From Marsupella aquatica (lineage: Eukaryota > Plantae > Marchantiophyta), in the NCBI GenBank assembly GCA_973895155.1, contig OZ316891.1, forward strand, positions 20,348,169 through 20,412,168: a stretch of DNA of 64,000 bases, written 5' to 3'. This document shows positions 26,510-37,280 of the stretch, one piece after another. The notes beneath the pieces are model-generated. The model ran no database searches. It saw only the letters and a list, made by a program, of their open reading frames with translations, and was not told the DNA's origin. Position numbers and translations under genes: made by a program. Positions within the stretch are counted from its first letter, which is position 1. Every line of letters begins with the position of its first letter.

Positions 26510-27350
26510 GGTGCTTTCAACTCGAGTAGTTTCTTAACGCAAAATCCCAACCCATGGTACAATTTCGGTTAAAGAACGTCCAGAGTAGACTTTTGGAAGA
26601 GTTCAATTTGAAACATGGAGAATGTGTAAACAGTGTCTTCTCCTGGATTCGAGGGTATTTTCCGTACAGAACCTCCAGACTTTTGGAAGAGTTCAATTTG
26701 AAACATGGATAATGTGTAAACAGTGTCTTCTCCTGGATTCGAGGGTATTTCCCGTACAAAACCTCCAGTAAATTTTTTGATGCAAAACCCCAACGCATTG
26801 AACAATTTAGGATAAAAAATGGCCCCCGGTGCATACTTTTATAAGGATTCAATTTGAAATATGGATACTGTGTGAGCACTTGTCCGGAATTCGGGAGGAT
26901 TTACTGTACAGAACGTCGAGTAATTTCTTGATGCAAAATCCCGACCCACTGTACAATTTAGGATAAAAAATGGTCCAGAGTTCAGACCTTTGGAAAGGTT
27001 CCCTTTGAAACATGGATAATGTGTAAGAACGAGCCTGAACAACAGAGATGATAACAAAATCAGCAGCATGCATGACATCCTTCTCAGTTCACATACACTT
27101 GGTGGGGCCCTAGACCCATCTTGCTCAGTTCGCATACATTTGGTCCCGGCCGGTCTAGAGGCTTCATTCTAGAAGCCTAGACCCCACCTCTTGCTTGGGG
27201 TCGGGCTTTATAAGTAAGCTGTCTTGTTCTGAATACGGGAGGGTTTACTGTACAGAACCCCAAGTAATTCTAGATGCAAAAACCTTACAATTTTGTACAA
27301 GAAACGGTCTACATAGGAAACGTTTGAAAGGGTGAAATTTGAAACATGAT
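26510..27350. repeat. Degenerate satellite-like array between the convergent bHLH-B and SHMT 3' ends
   Basis: TTCAATTTGAAACATGGA.AATGTGTAA...TTCG.G.G.ATTT.C.GTACAGAAC recurs. Near-exact 90-bp tandem pair at about 26588-26768. Interrupted by unrelated sequence at about 27030-27215. Confidence 0.8.
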
Positions 27351-27608
27351 CGTTTATGAAAGTTATTGTGCTGAATTCCGGACTCACACATGTAATGGTT
27401 CGAAAACTAGCCAAAAACTAAAATCAGGATCAGATATTTCCCGATGCACTTAGATGAGCTGCCTTGATTTGGGCCACTTTTCCACTCTCGTATGGGAGAG
27501 GCAGAAATTTCCTGATGCGCTTACATGCACCTAATGAGCCTCCTCTACGACTCCACAATTCCTCCCTCCTCAAATCCGGAACCCATAATACTGAGCATAC
27601 TTATGATA

Positions 27609-30600
27609 TCATTGGTGCAACACGTTTGTACCGACACCGGGAATGGGAAACTGAGTGGCAAACCTTTCGACCCTTCTTCTCAGATCCGTTAGCTCTTTCT
27701 TTACTTCACTTTCATCCGACTTCACATACTCCACATAATCCTTGACCTTCGTGCCTGTACATAAGCCCTTAGCTTTAATTCCAATTTGGACTGCTTCGTG
27801 AATGAAGTCTGCCACCTGAATGAAATCGTTTTGCTTGAAGCCACGGGTTGTGAGAGCCGGAGAGCCGATACGCACACCACCTGGTGTCATAGCACTCTTG
27901 TCTCCTGTAGTGAAAACCACAGGCTAAATTTCAAGGACAGTGGGAGAAATAACGGACTACAATCGAGTATGCAGCAAGCGGGACGCCGCAAACAAACTAC
28001 TTCTGGCAAAAACTCCCAAATCAAGGCCTAGCTATAAAAGAAAAAACAAACCTGGCACAGAATTCTTGTTGAGAGTAATCGAGGCCAGATCTAACACTGT
28101 CTCAGCCCTTGAGCCATCAATACCCTGACAACATCAGAAGGAAGAACATAAGATTCCGAATCCAGACCTCGCCAATCCTAATCTCACCTAATAGCGTCCA
28201 GCAACAAAGCAATGTCTCGCGTTTCAGCTCACAAGTGTAAATCTGGACATCAGAAATATTGACAGAACTTTTGAAGCTTTCACTCATGATACTCTTTCAA
28301 AAGTTGAGATGTTACACCAGAGGTCTTAAGTCAACAAGCACAAGATGGTTGTCGGTTCCACCCGAGACCAGTGTATAGCCTAAATCTGTTAGCCTCCCAG
28401 CAAGTGCTTGGCAATTTGCTATGACCTGCTCGACAATTGAAGGAAATACACTGTAAGTTCCGACAGTCAAGAGCAAAATAAAGAGCATGCATTAAAACAG
28501 CAATAATTCCTCTCTAGCTTGCTGAAAAGATTCACTCGAGGCGCAAGTTGGTAAAACCCTTGCAAACGATCGGCTGTGAGATGTTTGCGATGGCTGACCT
28601 GTTGTTGGTAGGTTTTGAATTCTTTTGAGACTGCCTGCTTTAGACACACCGCTAGACCTCCAATTGTATGATTATGAGGACCCCCCTGAACAGAAAAACA
28701 ACTCATCCAGGTTAATATCAGGAAGAGTAGCAGATATGAACTTGAGAGCTCGAGTCAGAATGTACGCTGTATAGATACCAGATAATAACAACATTGGGCA
28801 ACTTGAATATCTTTTTATATTCCTTATGTTTCGGAAATCTGTACATTTTCAAACACCCTGGTAAAATGAAAGTACCTGTAAGCCAGGAAAAACAGCGTTG
28901 TTGATGGCTGTTTCGAGGTCCACTCCCAAAACTGGACCCTTTTTGAAAAATATCATCCCTCCACGTGGACCCCTCAAAGACTGGCAAATAAATGTACACA
29001 GAAGTAGGTAAGCAAAAGCAGGACTGTCCTTCCAGATCAACAAGTGAGATGCTAAGCCATTGCTGCATTACTTAACCCCTAACCCTGTTCTCTGAGAAAG
29101 TCGTCATGACAACCACGAAATGAAGGTCTAGGAAGATATATACCTTATGAGTTGTTGTCGTGACAATATCAACATACGTGAAAGGATTTCCTACAACTCC
29201 TGCGGCCACAAGCCCGCTAATGTGTGCCATGTCCATCATCAAGCAAGCGCCAACCTTATCTGCAATCTACAATCCAATTCCCCACGTTCGAATGACACAA
29301 GTTTCCACATGTTAAAAGACGCATGGTACAATAGAATTACTCTTACTGCTCTTCCAAGAGTAGCCTCGGCATCTGCGCCTTACTAACAAACCAGAAAGTA
29401 GAAAAGAAAAGAAAAACATCTCTAGAGAGTGTTCCTTCAACAACGTCAATTTCTTACAATTGGAACATCGATACTACCTGTCGCATGCGAGGGTAGTCAA
29501 AATCGCGAGGGTATGCACTTGCACCGGCAATTATTAACTTGGGGCGAAACAATGTGGCCGTTTCCTCCAGTTTGTTGTAGTCAACGAGACCTGTAGCAAC
29601 GGCAGTCTAGTCTTAAATTGGCGGAACTTCCTGTCAATCCGAGCCCTGCAATTCCTTGACGTTCTACAGTATGCGCTGACAAATCCTGCCCCAGGGTAGT
29701 AAATCGAAACCAACCTGTTGTCTCGTTCAGGCGATAAGGCATCGACTCGAAGTACACAGAGGTAGCGGATACACGCCTCTTAGGAGTCATGAATCCATGA
29801 GATAGATGCCCACCATGTGGCAGATCCAGACCCTACAACATTCAGCCCACAAATCACCAAATTCGTAAAAGCTAGCCATCCAAGTTGTACCGGCAAAGTC
29901 CATGCAAAACTTCCAACCATCAAGTTGTACCGGCATAGTCCATGCAAAACTTTCAACCATCTGGCAACTGGAAATTCATATAACTGTGGGAATGTGTGCA
30001 GACAGAAAAACTCGTGGCCCTTACGCCGTAGGCGAGACACAGGCCCCGTTTATATGTTGCTAATTGTTTCGGGTACAGTAAAAGATTCACTGAAAGCCTA
30101 TAATTGAAGGACAAGGTCAACTGACTGAATTTCTTTAAAGAGGATCCTGGCAAAATTAGCAAGATACACCGAGTGAATGAGGTCAGGCACGGGTGAGAGT
30201 ACTCGCGCAATGGACTCACCATAATTCGATCATGTGGTTGGAGAATAGCAGTATACACAGCAAAGTTCGCAGGGGAACCAGACAGGGGCTGGACATTCAC
30301 GCCCCACTCTGCGGGGTCAACATGGAATGCTGCCAATGCTCTGGATTGACATAATCTCTCACTCTGATCGATGAACTCGTTACCTCCATAGTACCTGGAA
30401 AACAAGTTCTAGCAAGTCAAATTTATGGGACTGAAGATTCTAACACCCAATACAATTTCGAGGTGACAAAATCTCAGTCAAGCGACTCCCTCACCTCTTA
30501 CCAGGGAGACCCTCAGAATACTTATTAGTAAGGCAAGATCCCACAGCTTCCATCACTGCGCGAGACGTGAAATTCTCAGAAGCAATCAGCTCCAGACCGC

Positions 30601-31144
30601 GAAACTGGCGACGCTTTTCACATTCGATGATGGCATGTATTTCTGGATCGAGCTCCTCCAAAGGGACATCGGCAAAGTGCAGGGATGCCGGCGAGCCCAC
30701 GAGCGCCGATGCTGGCAAGCCGAAGAGCGCAGACCGTAAAATTAGCCAACCGTAATGTCTGGACGAATCTGAACACGAGCTAAAACTCTATCATAGAGCA
30801 TGTTTGTCTACCTTCAGTTTGAGTAACCAAATTAACCTATTTTGCAGCCAGAACTTCTATGCATCTCGATTTGAAACTAAAACCGCGAGATTAAATTCTA
30901 CTTGAATCCTTCAAAACATCAAGACAGTTTCGGTTCAGCTAATGAGGGCGGCAGATAGAGGAACGACCACCGGAAACCCACCTGAAATGGGAGAAACGGA
31001 GGAACGGCACCGCACAGTCCTCGAATCTCTCAAAGAGCAACTGCTATGGCCTCCGACCGAGATCCAAACCTGCGTTGCAGCCGTCTGCCGCGCAGCAACG
31101 GATCCGAGAGCAGCACCGACGATCGTAGCTGAAACCGCGGCCAT
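27609..31144 (-). CDS. SHMT: Serine hydroxymethyltransferase, plastid-type (SHM3-like); 11 exons
   Basis: Exons (5'->3'): 31144-30982, 30711-30495, 30394-30220, 29832-29715, 29590-29478, 29266-29144, 28980-28876, 28685-28599, 28425-28318, 28124-28052, 27904-27609. Motifs: [53 protein letters not shown] (PLP lysine), GGPHNH, GGTDNH. The N-terminus is Ala/Ser/Arg-rich and transit-peptide-like, and the C-terminus has ATQFPIPG. Confidence 0.95.
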
Positions 31145-31170
31145 CTCCACGAACAACAAGCTCCAAGGAA

Positions 31171-31450
31171 ATGACAACAGAGTCGTAAACCCTTCCTTGC
31201 TCTGCTCTACTTGCCGAATTCAAAGCCTCGACTCTCGGCTCTCGCAACTTAGTGTACGCTAAAACCCACAACGATAACAGAGTCGCAACCCCTGCTCTGC
31301 TCTGCTCTGCTCTGCTCAAAGCTCGTCTTGGGCCGAATGCAAAGCTTCGTCGCTCAGCTGATTCTCTTGCTACCACTAGCGGAGTGCACGATGATAACAG
31401 AGTCGCAATTCCTGCCTTCTTGGCCGAATGCAAGGCCTCGTCGCTCGTCT
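31171..31450. repeat. Three diverged copies of an approximately 100-120-bp unit in the SHMT 5' UTR/proximal promoter, including a (CTGCT)n tract
   Basis: GA(C/T)AACAGAGTCG.AA...GCCGAAT.CAA.GC.TCG at about 31173, 31273 and 31393. Confidence 0.75.
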
Positions 31451-33413
31451 GATTCTCGTGTTCCGACCGGACTCTAAGCTAAACCCCACTACAGTTGTAG
31501 ACCTTCACCATTATTCTGTGTTCATCATCGACATTCGCGATCACGAGGTGCTGTCGGCAGAGCAATTGCAGTAGTGGAAGAAATTTTAGAGGGGTTTAGG
31601 GTTTATAGGGCTCTCTTTTCCGAAGGATATGATTACTTAACTTTTACTTTCTGTAGCCAACAGAATCGTCGACTGCATTACGTCGTTGCTCTACTGCAGT
31701 CCATCGGTCCTCAACAGAAATTGTCACTTTACGTGGTAGCTCTCCCAAAGTCTCTCCTGCCGTAACAGAATTATCGCTTTACGTGGTAGGTCCCCGAAAG
31801 TATCTCAAGCCTCACCAAAATACATATAACTGGCTTGATTGCCCTTTTCCTCTCCCATTATTGGATTGCTTTGCCCTTGGTCCTTGTCTCCTGGTTTGGC
31901 ATTTTTTCTTTTGCGTCAGAGTGCCGCAAAAGAAAAAAAGGTCCAACCGGGAGACAAGGTCCCAAATATATATGACAGTGCCACAAATGAAAAATGCCAA
32001 CCTGGGAGACAAGGTCCCAAAGGTATATAATACCCCTTATTTTGAACATAAATAGAAATGAGTACTCAAAAACCCTTGCAAGAAAAGGATTCTTTATAAG
32101 TTAAGTGACGCAACACAGTTCCAATCTAGAGGCTTCACTCTAGACCTTGCCATAAAAGTAGGTTTTTACTGCACAGCATTAATAAGATAGGTTGCCAGAA
32201 AAATAAAAGTTGCCCAACTGGGAGACCAGATCCCAATATATATGATAGTTTGCCAAAAAAGAAAAGGTGGCCAATCGGGAGTCACTATCCCACAGGCGAG
32301 AGACCCAATTAAAAGGGAAGTAACAAAAAGAACCAAAAAAGTGTGAGAAAGCCCAGCCCAACAGAATTATTACCTTACAGTAGTGCCATCCTGACTGGAT
32401 TGGGACGAAACATAAAGAGCCAAAAAGCCGTAAGGAAAGCCCAGTCCAACAGAATTATTACCTTTAAGTAGTGTCATCCTGGCTGGTGCAAAACAATTAA
32501 TACTATGATTTGGGGCACTAATAGACCTGTGGTGAGGGTTTGGTACTTTTTTATGAAAAAAGTTCTAAAACTTTATAGTATTTATTCAGTTGGAGAACGA
32601 GTGCTGTGTTGTTTCCTTTGGTGCAACTTTCATACGAAGAGAAGCACTACTAATTTTATACCCCAAGTTGTGGTTTAAGATAGTTTATGAATTGTTTCCT
32701 TTTGTGCAACTTTAATAAGAAAAAAGGCACCACTTATGCCTTGTTAAAACAATTTTTGTATAGTTTTTTATTTGAATATTTTGCTATAGTTGCATGAAAC
32801 ACTTAATGACCTTTACGGATAGGTCTTCATGAAAAATTGTCATGATTCTTAGAAGATTCCAAGCAATGAACACCGACTTTCAAAGACCATGATCACCGGA
32901 TTTACTGTAGCCAATGGAATCTGTCAACTGCAGTCCACCGCTGCTCCATTGTAGTCCATCCATCCTGAACAGCTTACGTGGTAGGTCCTAGAAGCTATCT
33001 CAAGCCTCAATAGAACCATTAATTTGTGGTGTGTCATCCTGGTTCGTGCAAAAATATTATAGTTATTTACAATGTTGGGCCTCATTGACAAAAACCATTG
33101 TGGTTCCTTGTGAAACCTAGAAAGAGTTTATCATAATGCTAAGAACATTCCAAGCATCTTGATGTAAACACTGACTTTTCAAATTTTTATATATTATGTT
33201 TTAAATGAAAAACTGAAGATGGGAGAATGGTATTTGGCCTTCTATAATTCTTAAAAATACCAATGATTAATATTTCATGTAAGTCCTATGTGAACCCAGA
33301 TGCCACTACAATTGCACTTTGATACCTAAGTTTCTTGCTCACCCTGAGTTGTAAATTGCAGCCCCTTGAATTTCTCTACATTATCATATATGTTGAGTCA
33401 CATAGCACAACCT

Positions 33414-33816
33414 TGTTGAGCATAGACGACGATCGCAACGGCAAGCCCATGAACCATCCAACGCACAATAGTCGACACAAGAGATACGTGGTTCACCTCC
33501 TTGAGGCTACGTCCACGGGAACACACAAGAGAGCTTTACTGAACTCTAAGCCCGTCGGCTATACCGAGTCTCCACAGTGTAAGCTCTCCCTATCTCTCAA
33601 GTGGCTCCATAACAATGAGCCTTGGTTCTACCTCTCCAAGCACACATGCCTCTTATGATATAGTGTGCAACTTAGTTGTACCTAACCACATAGTTGTACC
33701 TAACCACATAGTTGTACCTAATCACGTAGTTGTACCTAACCACATAGTTGTACCAACCCACATTGTTGTACCAACCACGTCATACCTAACCTAGACGTAA
33801 GAGTAAATACCCAACA
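33414..33816 (-). repeat. 3' LTR of the copia element
   Basis: Identical to 39470-39872 except C at 33516 versus T at 39572. Adjacent PPT GAGTCAAGGGGAAGAT (33832-33817, minus strand). Confidence 0.97.
33673..33779. repeat. Six tandem 18-bp units in LTR U3 (also 39729-39835) containing MYB AC-type elements
   Basis: Consensus TAGTTGTACCTAACCACA. Units contain ACCTAAC, ACCTAAT or ACCAACC, plus GTAC. Confidence 0.85.
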
Positions 33817-34007
33817 ATCTTCCCCTTGACTCTGGTCTAGGGGAGAGTAATACTGCCAATGTATATGATCCCTCAGCGGGAAGTTCTGGACAGAAACCAA
33901 ACCGGTTTCCCTCTCTAACTAGAGCAAACCAGAACTAAGCCGTAGCCTAATACATAGGAATGAGGAAGAGCATATATCAGTAATTACAATGAATGTTTAA
34001 GAAAACT

Positions 34008-37000
34008 CTACTTGTGATGCAATTGCAAAACCTGCAATACGTCACGGTGTCTAGAGAAACTCTCCAAAGGAATCACTTTGGTAAATGCGTCAGCCGGGTT
34101 GAGTTTACCATCAATCTTGACTAGCTCAAACAATTTATCAGACACAGCCTGCCTGATAAAATGGTACCTGACGTCAATGTGCTTCACTCTGCTGTCCATC
34201 ACCTGGTTCACAGCAAGGTGGAGCGCACTTTGACTATCACAATGGAGCTTCACATTCCCCTGTGGCAATCTCATTTCAGTGATAAGTCTATCCAACCAAA
34301 TCGCTTCCTTTGCTGCTTCCGCAGCTGCAACATACTCCGCTTCTGTAGTAGACTGAGCAATACACTTCTGCAAAGTAGACCTCCAACTTATGCATCCACC
34401 GCCAAGTGTGAACACGTATCCTGTTGTTGATCTCCTTCGGTCCAAATCTTGTCCATAGTCAGAATCTACATAGCCAATCAATGATCTAGCATTCTTTGCA
34501 TTCGCATCAAATAAAAGACCATGATCCACGGTACCCTTCAAGTACCTGATAATCCACTTCACTGCTTCCCAGTGTACCTTCCCTGGATTCGACATGTACC
34601 TGCTCACCTTGCCCATAGCCATGGCAAGATCAGGTCTAGTGCAAGTCATCAAATACATGAGACTCCCCACTGCCTTGTCATATGGAACCTTTGACATCAA
34701 CCCCTTCTCTGTGTCATCCGTAGGACAGAACGCTGATGATAACTTGAAGTGTGGAGCCAACGGGGTACTTACTGGCTTGCTATTCTCCATGTTGAACCTT
34801 GCAATTACCTTCCTCGCATAACTGCTCTGCGTCAACCATAGCTTGCCAGCCTCCAAGTCCCTAGTGATCTCCATACCCAAAATCCTCTTAGCTGGCCCTA
34901 AGTCCTTCATCTTAAACTCTGCACTAAGCAGTGCCTTGAGCTTAACAATCTCAGACCTATCCTTGGCTGCAATTAGCATGTCATCCACATAAAGTACTAA
35001 AACAATGAACCCAAAGACAACATTCTTCACCGGTTTCAAATACACACAAGGGTCAAATACACTTCTGTGAAAACCTTGTGACCGAATCCAATCGTCAAAC
35101 CGCTTGTTCCACTGTCTTGGTGACTGCTTCAACCCATACAAGGATTTCAGCAATCTGCAAACCAATTCCTCCTGTCCTCTCTTCACAAAACCTAGCGGTT
35201 GTCTCATGAAGATCACCTCTTCCAATGTGCCATAGAGGAAAGCTGTGACAACATCCATCTGATCTAGGAGCAGACCAAACATTACAACAAGTACACACAA
35301 TAGTCGTATTGTAGAGTACTTAGCAACTGGTGAGAAGACCTCATTGTAATCCACACCTTTCTCTTGTGTGAATCCCTTTGCTACCAATCTAGCCTTGTAG
35401 ACCTTCGATCCACCTCCTATGGAATTATCCTTCAGCTTGTAAATCCACTTGCTGTCCACCACTTGCTGACCCTTAGGCAGCTTAACAAGCTCCCAAGTTT
35501 TGTTGTCCTTTAGTGACTGCATCTCCGTTTGCATTGCTGCAGTCCACTTCTGCTTCTCCTTTGAAGCACTTGCCTCATGAAATGAAGAAGGTTCTCCTTC
35601 TTCCAAAATTAACGCATCACCCTCATCATCAGCTGTAAAATCATCCTCTTGCAGTTGAGATGAATCAACCCACTGTCCATACCTTGATGGAGCGCGTACA
35701 GTGCGACCAGATGTTCTTCTAGCCGATGACTCCGGTTGATCTGCGTGTGCTGGTACAATTTGAAGCTCAACAGCATCCACTTGCTGCTCACCAGCATCAA
35801 CAAACTCCTCTGGTTCCTCTGGCACAGGAACCAGCTCCATAATTGGAGCAACTCCTTCTCTCCGGTCATGCACCTCATAACCAATCTCCCCCTCAACGAG
35901 ATCCGGGATATGAGATTTTCCTTTGTCAGTACGGGAGACCTGAGTATTCTCCCCCTCCTTCAATAATCTGGATTCATTGAAGGAAACATCCCTACTGACA
36001 ACGAGCTTACAGGCAATAGGATCCCATAGCCTATAGGCTTTCACACCACTCTGGTACCCAAGAAAAATACATTTTCTGGAGGTAGGATCCAACTTGGTCC
36101 TATTCTGCTTTGGTGTGAGAGCATATGCATCACTTCCAAAAATTACCAAGCCATGATAGTCTGCTTGCCGCTTATAGCGCATCTCAAACGGCGTTTTGAA
36201 ATTGATAGCACTAGAAGGAGAAAGATTTACCAAATAAGCTGCGGTATTGACAGCTTCTGCCCAAAATTCTTGTGGTAAACCTGATTGGCTCAACATACTC
36301 CGTGACCGCTCCAACAGTGTCCGATTGAGCCTCTCAGCGACACCATTCTGCTGCGGAGTATAAACTGTGGTGAGATGGCGAGTTATCCCCTGTTCTGAAC
36401 AGTACTCTTCAAATTCCATTGAAGTGTACTCCCCGCCGTTGTCTGACCTCAGACTCTTCACCCTTGTATCCAAACACTTGATCGTGTTTCCAGTCTGATT
36501 CTCCACCTGGGCCTTCCACTTCTTAAAAATGGACAAGACATCAGACTTATGCGTCATGAAATAAATCCACACAAATCTTGAGTAATCATCAATAAATGAT
36601 ACATAGTACAACTTTCCAGAGTGTGAGGGAGTCGGGGATGGACCCCACACGTCACTATGTATGTACTCAAGAACCGCTTTGGAACGATGAGTTCCAACAC
36701 CAAAAGCACGACGATGCTGCTTTCCAAGAATGCAATGCTCACAAAACTCTAATTTACAAGATTGCAAATCAGAAATGAGTCCATTCTTCCGTAAGATAGC
36801 CAAACCCTTCTCACTCATGTGGCCTAGCCGTGAATGCCACAGTTGAGTCATCTCCTCGTGAGACTTGGTTACATTGGCCTCTCCACATACAGTATTGCCC
36901 TGTAACACATACAAATTCTTTTGTCTACTCCCCTTCAAAATCACTGTCTCTCCCGACCTGACTTGAAGTTCACCATCAATAACGCTCCATTGATGACCAT

Positions 37001-37280
37001 TTGAATCCAACACACCGAGTGAAATCAGATTCATACGCATGCCAGGTACATACCTGACTCCGGACACTGTGCGCACAGCGCCATCAAACATTTGAATCTT
37101 CACAGACCCAATTCCCTCAATTTGACAGGAGTGATCATTTCCCATCAAAACTGAACCGTTTGAAACAGAGTAAGAACTGAAAAACTCACGAATGTAACAA
37201 ATATGAAAAGAGCAAGCACAATCAAGAATCCACACATCATCTGCTCTCCTAGATGACGTGCACAGGGCATACCCCCGGCT
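34008..37280 (-). CDS. pol: Copia pol region (protease, integrase, reverse transcriptase, RNase H), uninterrupted
   Basis: PR: WILDCACSFHIC. IN: WHSRLGH...CEHC, HSDVWGP, SDNGGEY, PQQNGVAER. RT: YKARLVAKGF, QMDVVTAFL, SLYGLKQ, LYVDDML. RNase H: GYVDSDY, AEYVAA, HCDSQSA, KHIDVRYHF. Confidence 0.95.
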   Translation of the reverse strand, partial: SRGYALCTSSRRADDVWILDCACSFHICYIREFFSSYSVSNGSVLMGNDHSCQIEGIGSVKIQMFDGAVRTVSGVRYVPGMRMNLISLGVLDSNGHQWSVIDGELQVRSGETVILKGSRQKNLYVLQGNTVCGEANVTKSHEEMTQLWHSRLGHMSEKGLAILRKNGLISDLQSCKLEFCEHCILGKQHRRAFGVGTHRSKAVLEYIHSDVWGPSPTPSHSGKLYYVSFIDDYSRFVWIYFMTHKSDVLSIFKKWKAQVENQTGNTIKCLDTRVKSLRSDNGGEYTSMEFEEYCSEQGITRHLTTVYTPQQNGVAERLNRTLLERSRSMLSQSGLPQEFWAEAVNTAAYLVNLSPSSAINFKTPFEMRYKRQADYHGLVIFGSDAYALTPKQNRTKLDPTSRKCIFLGYQSGVKAYRLWDPIACKLVVSRDVSFNESRLLKEGENTQVSRTDKGKSHIPDLVEGEIGYEVHDRREGVAPIMELVPVPEEPEEFVDAGEQQVDAVELQIVPAHADQPESSARRTSGRTVRAPSRYGQWVDSSQLQEDDFTADDEGDALILEEGEPSSFHEASASKEKQKWTAAMQTEMQSLKDNKTWELVKLPKGQQVVDSKWIYKLKDNSIGGGSKVYKARLVAKGFTQEKGVDYNEVFSPVAKYSTIRLLCVLVVMFGLLLDQMDVVTAFLYGTLEEVIFMRQPLGFVKRGQEELVCRLLKSLYGLKQSPRQWNKRFDDWIRSQGFHRSVFDPCVYLKPVKNVVFGFIVLVLYVDDMLIAAKDRSEIVKLKALLSAEFKMKDLGPAKRILGMEITRDLEAGKLWLTQSSYARKVIARFNMENSKPVSTPLAPHFKLSSAFCPTDDTEKGLMSKVPYDKAVGSLMYLMTCTRPDLAMAMGKVSRYMSNPGKVHWEAVKWIIRYLKGTVDHGLLFDANAKNARSLIGYVDSDYGQDLDRRRSTTGYVFTLGGGCISWRSTLQKCIAQSTTEAEYVAAAEAAKEAIWLDRLITEMRLPQGNVKLHCDSQSALHLAVNQVMDSRVKHIDVRYHFIRQAVSDKLFELVKIDGKLNPADAFTKVIPLESFSRHRDVLQVLQLHHK

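Noticed and set aside
30712-31070. Alternative SHMT splice model (donor at 31069, acceptor near 30769)
   Set aside because: The phase-0 donor gives a stop or frameshift with the available acceptors. The 30982/30711 junction is phase-consistent and has a CTAAT branch point.
33335-33658. 107-aa and 81-aa (39469-39714) ORFs with near-identical peptides
   Set aside because: Antisense frames across the two LTR copies; the identity just reflects the LTR duplication.
33673-33779. Regularly spaced short repeats resembling a CRISPR array (also 22558-22765)
   Set aside because: Head-to-tail units with no unique spacers, no cas genes, and a eukaryotic context.
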